Source: an uncultured bacterium
GTDB lineage: Bacteria > Eisenbacteria > RBG-16-71-46
NCBI GenBank assembly: GCA_964589945.1
Contig: CAZPVG010000009.1
Span: forward strand, 20,066 to 84,065
Direction of reading: 5' to 3'
Length of the DNA stretch: 64,000 bases
Shown: one piece after another, positions 1 through 9,630 of the stretch
How the letters are laid out: every line of letters starts with the position of its first letter
How positions within the stretch are numbered: position 1 is the stretch's first letter
Position numbers and translations under genes: made by a program
Notes under the pieces: model-generated
Seen by the model: the letters and a program-made list of their open reading frames with translations, nothing else
The model's database searches: none
What the model was told of the DNA's origin: nothing

Positions 1-903
1 GCGGAGGCGAAGCGCGGGCGACTGCGCATCCTCCTCGTCGAGGACGACGTCGTGAACCAGCTCGTCACCCAGAGCGCCCTCAACCGGGTGGGTTACAACG
101 TCGAGATCGCCTCGAACGGGCGGGCGGCCATCGAGCTGACCGAGAACCAGCACTGGGACCTGATCCTGATGGACACCCAGATGCCCGGGCTCGACGGCTA
201 TCGCGCCACGGAGGCGATCCGCGCGCGCGAGCGCTTCTCGAACCGCACGCCCATCCTGGGCCTCACCGGGGACAGCTCCTTCTCGACCGACCGCGAGAAG
301 TGTCTCGCGGCCGGAATGGACGAGGTGTTCCGCAAGCCCATCGACCTCGCGGAGGTGACCACCGCCGTCGAGCGCTGGACCCTGCGCGGCGACGCGCGGC
401 AGTCGGACGCCGGGGAACCGGCGCACCAGCCCGCGCACGTCTTCACGGTCGTCTCGTCGAGCTTCGAGCCGCCGGCGGAGCCGCCGCGCGAGGAGCCGCA
501 CGACGGGCCGACGGAGGCGGTGGCCGTGACGCTCGAGGCGCCCGAGGGGCCGGCCATCGACCTCGAGCAGCTCAACACGGCCAGCATGGGCCTGCCCGCG
601 CTTCGCACGTCGCTGCTGCACACCTATCTCGACGACGTCTACCCGCGCCTCGAGCGGCTGTCGCAGGCCGTCGGGTCGGCCGACACCCGGCGGGTGGAGT
701 TCGAGGCGCACGGCCTGCGCGGCATGTGCGCGACGATCGGGGCGACGGGCTGCATGGCGCTCTTCGGCGAGATCGAGTCGGCGGCGCGGGACGACCGCCT
801 GGAGGACGCCACGCGTTACCTCGAGCCCGCGCGCAGGGAGGTGGACCGGACGGAGGAGTTCATCCGCCGGCTCGAGAGGATCGTCAGCCAGCAGGCCGCC
901 TGA
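1..903 (+). CDS. 5'-truncated CDS: response-regulator receiver domain followed by a C-terminal HPt phosphotransfer domain; likely the C-terminal part of a hybrid sensor kinase
   Basis: Frame 1 is open from nt 1 (…RILLVEDDVVNQLV…) with receiver motifs (LILMDTQMPGLDGY, FRKPID). The HPt-like segment contains HGLRGMCATIGA. No start codon lies within the window. Confidence 0.7.
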   Translation, partial: AEAKRGRLRILLVEDDVVNQLVTQSALNRVGYNVEIASNGRAAIELTENQHWDLILMDTQMPGLDGYRATEAIRARERFSNRTPILGLTGDSSFSTDREKCLAAGMDEVFRKPIDLAEVTTAVERWTLRGDARQSDAGEPAHQPAHVFTVVSSSFEPPAEPPREEPHDGPTEAVAVTLEAPEGPAIDLEQLNTASMGLPALRTSLLHTYLDDVYPRLERLSQAVGSADTRRVEFEAHGLRGMCATIGATGCMALFGEIESAARDDRLEDATRYLEPARREVDRTEEFIRRLERIVSQQAA

Positions 904-1015
904 GCGCCGTCGCCGAAGGACCTTCGCGGGTCCGCCCCCCCGGGCGGACCCGCGACGCCGTCTCGCGGCCGGCGCCCGGCGGCGGTGCGGGCGGGGCCCC
1001 CGCCGGGGCGCTTCG

Positions 1016-2230
1016 GTGCTAGGGTGCCGCCCGATGCGCCGCTTCCTCACGCCCCGCCTCGCGATCCTGACGGCCGCCCACTTCACGATCGACTCGTACT
1101 CGAGCTTCTACCTGCCGCTGCTCCCGCTCCTCGTCACGCGGCTGGGGCTCAACTACACGCTCGTCGGGACGCTGGTGGCCGTGGGATCGATGTCGTCGTC
1201 GTTCGCGCAGCCCGCCTTCGGCGTGCTCTCGGACCGGCTGCGGAGACCGTGGTTCGTGGCGCTGGGCCCGATCGTCGCGGCGCTGTTCCTGCCGGCCATC
1301 GGCGCGGCGCCGGGCTACGCGGCGCTGGTCGCGCTGCTCGTGCTCGGGGGCTTCGGCGTGTCGTCGTTCCACCCGCAGACGGCCTCGCTCGCCGGGCGGA
1401 CGGGCCCCGACCGTGGCCGGGCGATGTCGTTCTGGGTGACGGGCGGAACCCTGGGCTGGGCCCTCGGCCCGATGTTCGCGACGACGGTCGTGGGCACCTT
1501 CGGCCTGGCACGATCGTGGGTGGCGGCCGCTCCCGGGCTCGCCATGGGGACGCTGCTGCTCGCGTGGTTCGCGCGCGTGCCGCCGCTCGAGCAGTCCCAC
1601 CGCGAACGCACCCGGCTCGCCGAGCTCCTGCCCGTCGCGAGGCCGCTGACGCTCCTCTACTTCGCGGTCGTCGCGCGCTCGGCGGTCTCGATGGGATTCG
1701 CCACGTTCCTGCCGCTCTGGGTGCACGCGCAGGGCTGGTCGGTCGCGGCCGGCGCCGCGGTGACGACGCTCTACCTGGCGAGCGGCGCGATCGGCGGCTT
1801 CCTCGGCGGCTGGGTCGCCGACCGCGTCGGCGCGCGCCGAGTCGTGCGGCTCTCGTTCCTGCTCTCGGCGCCGTTCTACGCGGCCTTCTTCCTGGTCGGC
1901 GGCCGGGCGGGGATCGGCTTCCTCGTCGCGGGCTACGCGCTTCTGCAGTCCTCGCTGCCGGTCAACGTGGTCATGGGACAGGATCTCTCGCCGCGCCACG
2001 CGTCCACGATCTCGAGCCTGCTCATGGGCGCCGCCTGGGGCCTGGGGGCGCTCGCGATCGGCCCCATCGGGGCGCTGGCCGACCATGCCGGCCTCGGCGC
2101 CGGGCTCGCGGTGCTCGCCGCGTTCATCGTCCCGGGGTTCGCCTGCGCGATGATGCTGCCGGAGGTCCGCGCCCGCCACGACGAGGCCGAAGCCGCGCTC
2201 GCGCGCTGCGGCGAGGGGGAGGGCGCGTAG
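1016..2230 (+). CDS. MFS-family transporter
   Basis: 404 aa with about 12 hydrophobic helices and an MFS-like GxLSDRxGRR motif (GVLSDRLRRP). Alternative ATG start at 1034. Confidence 0.75.
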   Translation: MLGCRPMRRFLTPRLAILTAAHFTIDSYSSFYLPLLPLLVTRLGLNYTLVGTLVAVGSMSSSFAQPAFGVLSDRLRRPWFVALGPIVAALFLPAIGAAPGYAALVALLVLGGFGVSSFHPQTASLAGRTGPDRGRAMSFWVTGGTLGWALGPMFATTVVGTFGLARSWVAAAPGLAMGTLLLAWFARVPPLEQSHRERTRLAELLPVARPLTLLYFAVVARSAVSMGFATFLPLWVHAQGWSVAAGAAVTTLYLASGAIGGFLGGWVADRVGARRVVRLSFLLSAPFYAAFFLVGGRAGIGFLVAGYALLQSSLPVNVVMGQDLSPRHASTISSLLMGAAWGLGALAIGPIGALADHAGLGAGLAVLAAFIVPGFACAMMLPEVRARHDEAEAALARCGEGEGA

Positions 2231-2237
2231 CGATCCG

Positions 2238-4217
2238 TCAGTGGCGGATCCGGGCGGCGACGCCGGCCGCGGGGCGCGAGCGCTCCGACGGCGGCGCGAG
2301 CGCGGGCGGCTTCGGGCGCTGCGCCCAGCACTGGAGCGAGAGCAGCGCCCACAGCGTGCGCCCGCGGTCCTCGCGCCCCTCGAGGTGGTCGCGCACGACG
2401 TGCTGCACCGCCCGCGCGTCGAGCAGCCCGGACTCCTCGATCGCCGAGGGCGAGAGCGCCTCGACCACGAGGCCGCGCATCGGGCCGCGCGCCCACGCCG
2501 AGAAGGGCGGCGAAAAGCCCTGCTTGCGGCGCGCGAGCAGGTCGGCCGGAAGCAGCGAGTGCGCCGCCTGCTTGAGCGCCCACTTGCCGCTCGTCCCGCG
2601 CAGCTTGGCGCCGTCGGGCAGCGCCATTGCGAACTCGACGAGCGAGGCCTGAAGGAAGGGCGCCCGCGACTCGACGCCGTGGGCCATCGTGCAGCGGTCC
2701 ACCTTGGTGAGCAGGTCGCCCGGCAGGTAGGTCTCGAAGTCCAGCAGCTGGTACGCGACGAGCGGCGAGACGTCGGGCGCGGTGACCACGCCCGCATCCC
2801 GCAGCGAGCGCTCGAGGCGGCGCGCGTGCTGGAGGGGCGCCGACGCGCCCGCGGACTCCCGCAGCCCGGGGGCGAGCAGGTCGAGCGCCTCCCTCGCGCG
2901 GGCCGTCCCGAACCACGCGAGGTGCCGCTCGAAGGGCGACAGGCCGCGCACCCCGAGGAAGCGCTCGACGAGATGGGCCAGGGTGACGTGGTGGTGCTTC
3001 GGGCGGAGGCGCCGCGCCACGGCGACCGCGGCGGCCGCCAGCGGCGCGGGGATCGCCGAGGCGAGCGCGGCGTAGCGGTGGCCGAGGTAGGTTGGGTAGC
3101 CGCCGAACAGCTCGTCGCCGCCCTCGCCGGTCAGCACGACCGGCACGTGCTCCGAGGCGAGCCGCGCGAGCGCCCACGTCGGCAGCACGCTGGGGTCTCC
3201 GAGCGGCAGGTCCATGCCCGAGGCCCAGGTGTGGAAGGCCTCCTCGCCCTCGCGCGCGGTCATGACCAGCTCGTGGTGCCGCGAGCCGATGGATTCCGCG
3301 ACCCGCCGCGCGAAGCCCGACTCGTCGTACCCGCGATGCTCGATCCGCATGCTGAAGGTCGGGAAGGAGTGGCGCACCGCGCGCGCGGCGAGCACCGCCA
3401 CGAGGCCCGAGTCCACGCCCCCCGACAGGAAGACGCCGAACGGCACCTCGCCCGGGACGCGCGAGGCCACCGCCGCGGCCAGCGCCTCGCCCGAGCGCGC
3501 GGCGGCGTCCTCGACCCGCGCGCTGGGACCGCCGGCGAGCACGTCCCACGGCCGCCAGTAGCGGTGCAGCTTCTCGACGCCCGCGCGCAGCACGAGCGTG
3601 TGGGCCGGCGGGAGCTGCCGGATGCCCGCGTAGGCCGTGTCGGTGCCGGCGAACGCACCGTGCACGAGATAGCGCGCCAGGGCCGCGGGCGAGGGGTCGC
3701 GGGAGATCCAGGGAAGCGCCAGCAGCGCGTCCGGCTCCGAGGCGAACGCGAACCGCCCCGGCGCGTGGGAGACGAACAGCGGCTTCTCGCCCGCGCGATC
3801 GCGCGCGAGCGTGAGGGTGCGGCTCGCGCGGTCCCACAGCGCCGCCGCGAACATGCCGTCGAGCGAGCCGGGGAAGTTGCGACCCCGTTCCTCGAACAGG
3901 TGCGGGATCACCGCGGTGTCGGGGCCGTCGGGCACCGAGTGCCCCCGGCCGCGGAGCGCGAGCAGCAACTCACGGTGGTTGTACACCTCGCCGTTCACGA
4001 CGGCCGTGAGGTCGCCCGACTCGGAGGTCATCACGGCCGCGACCTGCTGGGGTGCCACGATCGCGAGGCGCGCGATGCCGAGCGCGCACTCGCCGCCGTC
4101 CCAGACCGCCTCGCCGGAGGGGCCGCGGTGACGCAGGCGGTGCACCATCTCGCGCAGGTACTCCAGCCGCTCGGCTGGCGCGAGGTCCGGGGCGACGATT
4201 CCGGCGATACCGCACAT
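2238..4217 (-). CDS. asnB: Asparagine synthetase (glutamine-hydrolysing)
   Basis: N-terminal MCGIAGI class-II amidotransferase nucleophile, SGGVDS PP-loop, 659 aa. Confidence 0.9.
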   Translation of the reverse strand: MCGIAGIVAPDLAPAERLEYLREMVHRLRHRGPSGEAVWDGGECALGIARLAIVAPQQVAAVMTSESGDLTAVVNGEVYNHRELLLALRGRGHSVPDGPDTAVIPHLFEERGRNFPGSLDGMFAAALWDRASRTLTLARDRAGEKPLFVSHAPGRFAFASEPDALLALPWISRDPSPAALARYLVHGAFAGTDTAYAGIRQLPPAHTLVLRAGVEKLHRYWRPWDVLAGGPSARVEDAAARSGEALAAAVASRVPGEVPFGVFLSGGVDSGLVAVLAARAVRHSFPTFSMRIEHRGYDESGFARRVAESIGSRHHELVMTAREGEEAFHTWASGMDLPLGDPSVLPTWALARLASEHVPVVLTGEGGDELFGGYPTYLGHRYAALASAIPAPLAAAAVAVARRLRPKHHHVTLAHLVERFLGVRGLSPFERHLAWFGTARAREALDLLAPGLRESAGASAPLQHARRLERSLRDAGVVTAPDVSPLVAYQLLDFETYLPGDLLTKVDRCTMAHGVESRAPFLQASLVEFAMALPDGAKLRGTSGKWALKQAAHSLLPADLLARRKQGFSPPFSAWARGPMRGLVVEALSPSAIEESGLLDARAVQHVVRDHLEGREDRGRTLWALLSLQCWAQRPKPPALAPPSERSRPAAGVAARIRH

Positions 4218-4241
4218 GGTTCGAGGCGCTCCCGGCGCGGG

Positions 4242-5669
4242 TCAGCGGACGGTGTCGCGGCGGAAGGCCGCGAACCGCGTGTCCGAGAAGAACGGTTCGC
4301 CCCAGCGCCGCACGCCTTCCGCGCGCCGCCGGGCCGGCAGGACGACGACGTCGGTGGGCGGCGCCGCCTGCTCGGAGTGGTAGAGCCGCCACTGGCCCCG
4401 CGCCTCGAGCGAATCGCGGTAGCGGACCACGTAGTTGCTCGTCAGCACGTGGCCGCCCTTCGACACCACCTCCGAAACCCGTCCCAGCCGGAAATCCGAC
4501 CCGGGACTATAGCAGTTGTCGTAGAGCACCGTGGTCGCGCCGGCGCGCTCGATCGCCGCGGCGAGCGGCTCGCCGGACTGCCCCGCGGCGTAGCGCACGA
4601 TCCACGGCGAGCCCGCGGTGAGCGCGAGCGGCGCGAGCAGCAGGCCCGCGAGCAGCGGGCGCGGCACCCGGCCGGAGCGCACGCGCCAGCACTCGGCGCC
4701 CCACCAGGCGAGCGCGGGGATCGCCGGCAGCAGGTAGGTCACGAGCTTCGAGTGCGAGAGCGAGAAGAACGCGGCGGCGAAGAGCACGAACCCGGCCGCC
4801 GTGCGCGAGCCGGCCGAGCGGGGGAGGTGCCACGGCGTCGCGAGCGACCACGGCAGCGCTCCGCCGGCGAGAACCGCGGGCACGAACCACCACGGCTGGT
4901 CGCGCCGGAACGCCCCGCTCGTCATGCGCTGGAACGACTCCTCGACGAACGCGTAGCGCAGGTACTCGGGGTGCCGGTGCAGGGCGAGCGCGAACCAGCC
5001 GCCGGCGGTCGCGAACACGAGCAGCCAGCCCGGCCACCAGCCGAGCCAGGCGAGCGGCGAGCGCGAGCGCGAGACCAGCGCCGCGCCCGCGCTGCCGCCG
5101 ATCGCCCAGGCGAGCATGATCGGCCCCTTGAGGAGCACGCCCGCCGCGACGGCGGCGAACAGGCCCAGCCGGCGCCGGTCCGAGCGGCCGGTCGCGGTCT
5201 CGAGCGCGACCCCGGTCCAGACGGCCGTCACGCACGCGGCGAGCGGCATGTCGAAGATGACGTAGGCGGCCAGGCCGGCGAAGAGCGGAGCCGCGGCCGT
5301 GAGCAGCAGCGTGTCCCGCGCGGCGCCGGGCGGGCCGAGCCGCCGCGCGGCGCGCGCGAGCAGGCCGAGGGTGACGAGCGACGCGAGCAGGGCGGGCAGC
5401 CGTACCGCGACCCGGTTCCGGCCGGCGACCCGCACCGCGAGGGCCCCGAGCGCGAACAGGCCCGGCGGCTTGTCGAGGTAGGGCAGGCCGGCGAGGTGCG
5501 GCACGACCCAGTCGCCGTCCACGGCCATCTCGCGCGCGACCTCGGCGTTGCGGCCCTCGTCCGGGTCGATGAGCGGGACGCGCCAGGCGCACCAGAGCGA
5601 GAGCAGGGCGGAGGCGGCGAGAACGGCCCAGAGGACGCGCGGGTGAGGCTCGCGGGGAGGGTCGGTCAC
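4242..5669 (-). CDS. GT39/GT83 (ArnT/PMT-like) membrane glycosyltransferase
   Basis: The conserved N-terminal loop DEGRNAEVAREM…LDKPP is followed by multiple TM helices. The start is placed at GTG 5669 or TTG 5678. The upstream part of the 885-aa ORF is a shadow frame over gnd. Confidence 0.7.
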   Translation of the reverse strand: MTDPPREPHPRVLWAVLAASALLSLWCAWRVPLIDPDEGRNAEVAREMAVDGDWVVPHLAGLPYLDKPPGLFALGALAVRVAGRNRVAVRLPALLASLVTLGLLARAARRLGPPGAARDTLLLTAAAPLFAGLAAYVIFDMPLAACVTAVWTGVALETATGRSDRRRLGLFAAVAAGVLLKGPIMLAWAIGGSAGAALVSRSRSPLAWLGWWPGWLLVFATAGGWFALALHRHPEYLRYAFVEESFQRMTSGAFRRDQPWWFVPAVLAGGALPWSLATPWHLPRSAGSRTAAGFVLFAAAFFSLSHSKLVTYLLPAIPALAWWGAECWRVRSGRVPRPLLAGLLLAPLALTAGSPWIVRYAAGQSGEPLAAAIERAGATTVLYDNCYSPGSDFRLGRVSEVVSKGGHVLTSNYVVRYRDSLEARGQWRLYHSEQAAPPTDVVVLPARRRAEGVRRWGEPFFSDTRFAAFRRDTVR

Positions 5670-5882
5670 GGGCGGCAAGGTAGCACACGCGGCTCGCCCG
5701 TTCGCCGATCGCGGCCTTCCTTGCCCGCGCGCCCCGCGCGCCGCATGCTGCCGGTGTGCGTCCCGCATCGGACGCGGCCCCGCGGCATCCATCCCCCTGA
5801 ACGCCGGGGCCGGCCCGGATCGTCGGCGCGCGGCCCGCGCACCGGACGGGACCGGGGGCCGGGAACGAGGGAAGGAGCCGGA

Positions 5883-6779
5883 ATGGAGATCGGGATCGTC
5901 GGACTCGGAAGGATGGGATTCAACATGGCGCGGCGCCTGCTCGAGCGCGGGCACCGCGTCGTCGCCTGGAACCGCCACCCGGACAAGGTGCGCGAGATCG
6001 GGAAGTTCGGCGCGGTGGCCGCGCCGAAGCTCGAGGACCTGGCGGACCTCCTCGCCGCGCCGCGCGCGGTGTGGTTCATGCTGCCCGCGGGGGCGCCGAC
6101 CGAGGACACGATGCACGGGCTCCTGCCGAAGCTCGCCCCGGGCGACCTCCTCGTGGACGGCGGCAACTCGAACTTCCACGACGACGTGCGGCGCGCGAAG
6201 GAGTTCGCGGGCCGGGGGCTCCACTACGTGGACGCCGGCGTCTCGGGCGGCGTCTGGGGCCTCCAGGTCGGCTACTGCACGATGCTCGGCGGGCCCGACG
6301 AGGCCATCGCCCGCCTGAAGCCCGCGCTCGACACGCTGGCGCCGCCCGAGGGCTGGCTGCACTGCGGGCCGGCGGGCGCCGGCCACTATGCGAAGATGGT
6401 CCACAACGGGATCGAGTACGGCATGATGCAGGCGTACGCCGAGGGCTTCGAGATCCTGCGCTCGGGCGAGTACGAATACGACCTCGCGAAGGTCGCCCAC
6501 CTGTGGAACCAGGGCAGCGTCATTCGCTCGTGGCTCCTCGACCTCGCCGAACGCGCGTTCGAGAGGGACCCGGGCCTGGACAAGATCCGCGGCTGGGTGG
6601 ACGACTCGGGCGAGGGGCGCTGGACCGTGCTCGAGGCGATCGCCAAGGGCGTGCCGGCCGAGGTGCTCACGCTGGCGCTCATGCGCCGATTCCGCTCGCG
6701 GCAGGAGAACACCTTCACCGACCGCGTGCTGGCGGCCCTGCGGAACGAGTTCGGCGGGCACGCCGTCAAGGAGGCCTGA
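5883..6779 (+). CDS. gnd: 6-phosphogluconate dehydrogenase, decarboxylating (short ~300-aa form)
   Basis: MEIGIVGLGRMGFNMARRL Rossmann N-terminus, GNSNFHD, CGPAGAGHYAKMVHNGIEYGMMQ. AAGGAG ribosome-binding site 8 nt upstream. Confidence 0.85.
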   Translation: MEIGIVGLGRMGFNMARRLLERGHRVVAWNRHPDKVREIGKFGAVAAPKLEDLADLLAAPRAVWFMLPAGAPTEDTMHGLLPKLAPGDLLVDGGNSNFHDDVRRAKEFAGRGLHYVDAGVSGGVWGLQVGYCTMLGGPDEAIARLKPALDTLAPPEGWLHCGPAGAGHYAKMVHNGIEYGMMQAYAEGFEILRSGEYEYDLAKVAHLWNQGSVIRSWLLDLAERAFERDPGLDKIRGWVDDSGEGRWTVLEAIAKGVPAEVLTLALMRRFRSRQENTFTDRVLAALRNEFGGHAVKEA

Positions 6780-6780
6780 G

Positions 6781-8295
6781 GTGGCGACGCGCGTCGAGGT
6801 GCCGTTGGAGGGGCGACCGCCCGCGCGGACCGCGAAGTCGCCCCCCTGCGCCCTCGTGGTGTTCGGCGCGACCGGCGACCTGACGCGGCGCAAGCTCATG
6901 CCGGCGCTCTACACCCTCGCGACCGGCGGCCACCTGCCCGACGCGTTCGCGGTGGTCGGGTGCGCGCGCCGCGACTGGGACCGCGCGGGGTTCGCCGGCC
7001 GCATGCGCGAGGGCGTGGACGAGTTCTCGCGCTCGAAGCTCACCGACGAAGCGTGGCGCTGGTTCGAGCCGCGACTCGAGTACGTCCGCGGCGAGTTCCA
7101 CGACGAGGCCACGTTCGCCCGGCTGCGGCAGACGCTCGAGGACATCGACGGCCGGCTCGGCACGGCGGGCAACCGCCTCTTCTACCTCGCCGTGCCGCCG
7201 GACGAGTTCGAGCCGATCCTGCGCGGTCTCCGCGCCGTGGGTCTCGTGGCGCCGCCGGGAGGCAGCGCGTACTCGCGCGTCATCATCGAGAAGCCGTTCG
7301 GCACGAGCCTCGAGACCGCGCGCGAGCTGAACGCGCTCGTGGGCGGCGTGCTCGACGAGTCGCAGACGTTCCGCATCGACCACTACCTCGGGAAGGAGAC
7401 GGTGCAGAACATCATGGTGTTCCGGTTCGCGAACAGCATCTTCGAGCCGCTCTGGAACCGGAGGCACGTGGACCACGTCCAGATCACGGCGGCGGAGTCC
7501 GTGGGGGTGGGGACGCGCAGCCGCTTCTACGAATCCACCGGGGTGCTGCGCGACATCGTGCAGAACCACCTGCTCGAAGTGCTCTCGCTCACCGCGATGG
7601 AGCCGCCGAACACGGGGCACGCCGACGACGTGCGTGGCGAGAAGCTCCAGGTCCTCAGGGCGCTGCGCCCGCCGTGGTCCGACACGGTGCCGAGTGACGT
7701 CGTCATGGGGCAGTACGGAGGCTACCGCGCCGAGCCCGGCGTCTCGCCCACGTCCACGACCCCGACGTTCGCCGCGCTGCGCGTGCACATCGACAACTGG
7801 CGCTGGCAGGGCGTCCCGTTCTACCTGCGGGCCGGCAAGCGCATGGCGAAGCGGGTCACCGAGGTCAGCATCCACATGCAGCCCATCCCGCTCTCGCTCT
7901 TCGGCAGCGGGGACCTGTGCGAGCACGTCGAGCCGAACGTCTTCACGCTGCGCATCCAGCCCGAGGAGGGCATCCAGCTCTCGTTCTCGGCGAAGCTGCC
8001 CGGCCACGACTTCACGGTCACGCCCGTGGTGATGGACATGAAGTACACCGAGGCGTTCGGCGGCGAGCCGCCCGAGGCCTACGAGCGGCTGCTGCTCGAC
8101 GCGATGCGCGGCGACGCCACGCTGGTCTCGCGGCGCGACGCCGTCGAGGCGTCGTGGGCGTGGATCCAGCCCATCCTCGACTGGTGCGAGGGGCCCGGCC
8201 GCTCGGACCTGCCCGTGTACGAGCCGGGATCGTGGGGGCCGGCCGAGGCGGATCGCATGATCCAGCGCGACCGCCGGCAGTGGCGCAACCCGTGA
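6781..8295 (+). CDS. zwf: Glucose-6-phosphate 1-dehydrogenase
   Basis: GATGDLTRRKL NADP motif, RIDHYLGKE active-site motif, 504 aa. GTG start 1 nt after the gnd stop. Confidence 0.9.
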   Translation: MATRVEVPLEGRPPARTAKSPPCALVVFGATGDLTRRKLMPALYTLATGGHLPDAFAVVGCARRDWDRAGFAGRMREGVDEFSRSKLTDEAWRWFEPRLEYVRGEFHDEATFARLRQTLEDIDGRLGTAGNRLFYLAVPPDEFEPILRGLRAVGLVAPPGGSAYSRVIIEKPFGTSLETARELNALVGGVLDESQTFRIDHYLGKETVQNIMVFRFANSIFEPLWNRRHVDHVQITAAESVGVGTRSRFYESTGVLRDIVQNHLLEVLSLTAMEPPNTGHADDVRGEKLQVLRALRPPWSDTVPSDVVMGQYGGYRAEPGVSPTSTTPTFAALRVHIDNWRWQGVPFYLRAGKRMAKRVTEVSIHMQPIPLSLFGSGDLCEHVEPNVFTLRIQPEEGIQLSFSAKLPGHDFTVTPVVMDMKYTEAFGGEPPEAYERLLLDAMRGDATLVSRRDAVEASWAWIQPILDWCEGPGRSDLPVYEPGSWGPAEADRMIQRDRRQWRNP

Positions 8296-9014
8296 CGGCG
8301 CCCGCGCCGAAGCCGCGGGTGTTCGCCGACGCGGCCGGCGCGGCCGACGCGGCGGCGCGGTGGATCGTCGAGACCGCCGGCCGCTGCATCGAGGAGCGGG
8401 GTGAGTTCCGGCTCGCCGTGCCGGGCGGCCGTTCGATCGTGGGCGTGTTCGACCGGCTCGCACGCGAACCCGAGCGCTCGCAGGTGGACTGGACGCGCGT
8501 GACGCTGCTGTTCGCCGACGAGCGGGCGGTGCCGCCCTCGCACCCGGACTCGAACTACCGCCTCGCCCGCATCGCGCTGCTGGACCCGCTCGGGGACCCG
8601 CTGCCGCGCGTGCGTCGCCTGCGCGGCGAGGCCGCCGACCTCGAGGCGGCGGCGCGCGAATACGACGCCGAGCTCGTCGTGCCGCTCGACCTCGTCGTGC
8701 TCGGACTCGGCGAGGATGGACACGTCGCCTCGCTCTTTCCGGGCTCGCCGCTCCTGTCCGAGCGCCGGCGGCGGGCCGCGGTCGTCACCGACAGCCCCAA
8801 GCCGCCGGCGCTCCGGCTGACGCTCACGCCGCGCGCGCTCACCGAGGCGCGCGAGGGGGCGGTGGTGATCGCGGTCGGCGAGGCGAAGGCGGGCGCGGCG
8901 CGCCGCGCACTCGGGGAGCCGGGAGGCCCCGCGTCGGAGTGCCCCGTCCGGCTGTTGCGCGGGGCGGCCTGGCTGCTGGACGCGGCGGCCGCGGGGCCAC
9001 TCGCGTCGCACTGA
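8292..9014 (+). CDS. pgl: 6-phosphogluconolactonase
   Basis: GTG start overlaps the zwf stop (GTGA). Lactonase motifs LAVPGGRS and GLGEDGHVASLFPGS are present. Confidence 0.8.
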   Translation: MTAPAPKPRVFADAAGAADAAARWIVETAGRCIEERGEFRLAVPGGRSIVGVFDRLAREPERSQVDWTRVTLLFADERAVPPSHPDSNYRLARIALLDPLGDPLPRVRRLRGEAADLEAAAREYDAELVVPLDLVVLGLGEDGHVASLFPGSPLLSERRRRAAVVTDSPKPPALRLTLTPRALTEAREGAVVIAVGEAKAGAARRALGEPGGPASECPVRLLRGAAWLLDAAAAGPLASH

Positions 9015-9129
9015 GAGCGGCCGCGGGGCTCCCGGGGGCGCGGGCGGCGCGGCCCGAAAGGGAATCCGGACGCGAGCGTCAGGGAAGAAGGGGCGCGCCC
9101 GGCGGGCGCGCCCCTTCGCGCGGGAACGC

Positions 9130-9498
9130 CTACTTCTTCCTGCGGCGAGGCGCGCGGCGCGGCCCGCGGCCGGCCGGGCCCAAGAGCGCGTCGAGGTAGC
9201 TCGTGACCTCGTCACGCACGATGCCGGGCAGTATCTCGCGGACCTTCGCCTGAACGCCCGCTCGCACCTGGGCGGTCAGGGCGCCGCCCGTGGCGGCCCC
9301 GGCGGCGGCCTTGAACGCGGCCGGCTTGCGTCCGCGCGGGCCCTTGATGCCGGCCTTCTTCCGCCACGAGTAATAGGTGACCGGCTTCACGCCGAATTTT
9401 TTCTGCACTTGCTCGGCCGTGAGCTTCTGGTTGATAGCTGCGGACAGGATCTGCTTCCGCTGCGCCTCCGTGTAGGCCTTGCGCTCTCGCTTTGCCAT
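9130..9498 (-). CDS. Small basic helix-turn-helix protein resembling the N-terminal HTH of IS3-family OrfA transposases; orphan, with no catalytic transposase partner
   Basis: 122 aa. KFGVKPVTYYSWRKK resembles the transposase_8/HTH motif and the C-terminus is Arg/Lys-rich. No DDE ORF or terminal inverted repeats nearby. Confidence 0.45.
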   Translation of the reverse strand: MAKRERKAYTEAQRKQILSAAINQKLTAEQVQKKFGVKPVTYYSWRKKAGIKGPRGRKPAAFKAAAGAATGGALTAQVRAGVQAKVREILPGIVRDEVTSYLDALLGPAGRGPRRAPRRRKK

Positions 9499-9598
9499 GA
9501 CATCCTCCTCGGGGTTGAGTCGTCCGGCATCGGGGGGGCGATGGGGTTTCAGCGCCTGTCACTCAAGACGCGACGACAGAGGCGCATATTTACGCGCG

Positions 9599-9630
9599 CA
9601 GGTCAATGGGGTTGTCACCACATTGACCTG
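9599..9630. promoter_or_regulatory. 10-bp perfect inverted repeat CAGGTCAATG-N12-CATTGACCTG between the GT2 gene stop and the HTH-protein gene; candidate operator or terminator
   Basis: Read directly from the sequence. The palindrome arms are exact reverse complements. It lies ~100 nt upstream of the 9498 start codon and immediately 3' of the 9631 stop. Confidence 0.35.

Noticed and set aside
2241-6779. 1512-aa plus-strand ORF spanning the asnB, glycosyltransferase and gnd region, and similar giant ORFs (1326 aa at 58010-61990, 1236 aa at 57915-61625, 1120 aa at 18883-22245, 978 aa at 10605-13541, 866 aa at 25280-27880)
   Set aside because: Translations are Arg/Ala/Gly/Pro low-complexity typical of off-frame or antisense reading of 70% GC coding DNA. 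Each overlaps genes with clear motif-supported products. Only the in-frame terminal segments (gnd, alpha/beta-hydrolase, sthA) are real.
4242-6899. 885-aa minus-strand ORF taken whole
   Set aside because: Only the downstream ~475 codons (4242-5669) show glycosyltransferase motifs and TM helices. The upstream half is antisense to gnd and low-complexity.
9130-9498. Insertion sequence / mobile element call
   Set aside because: Only an HTH-type small protein is present. There is no DDE transposase ORF, no terminal inverted repeats and no target-site duplication detectable.
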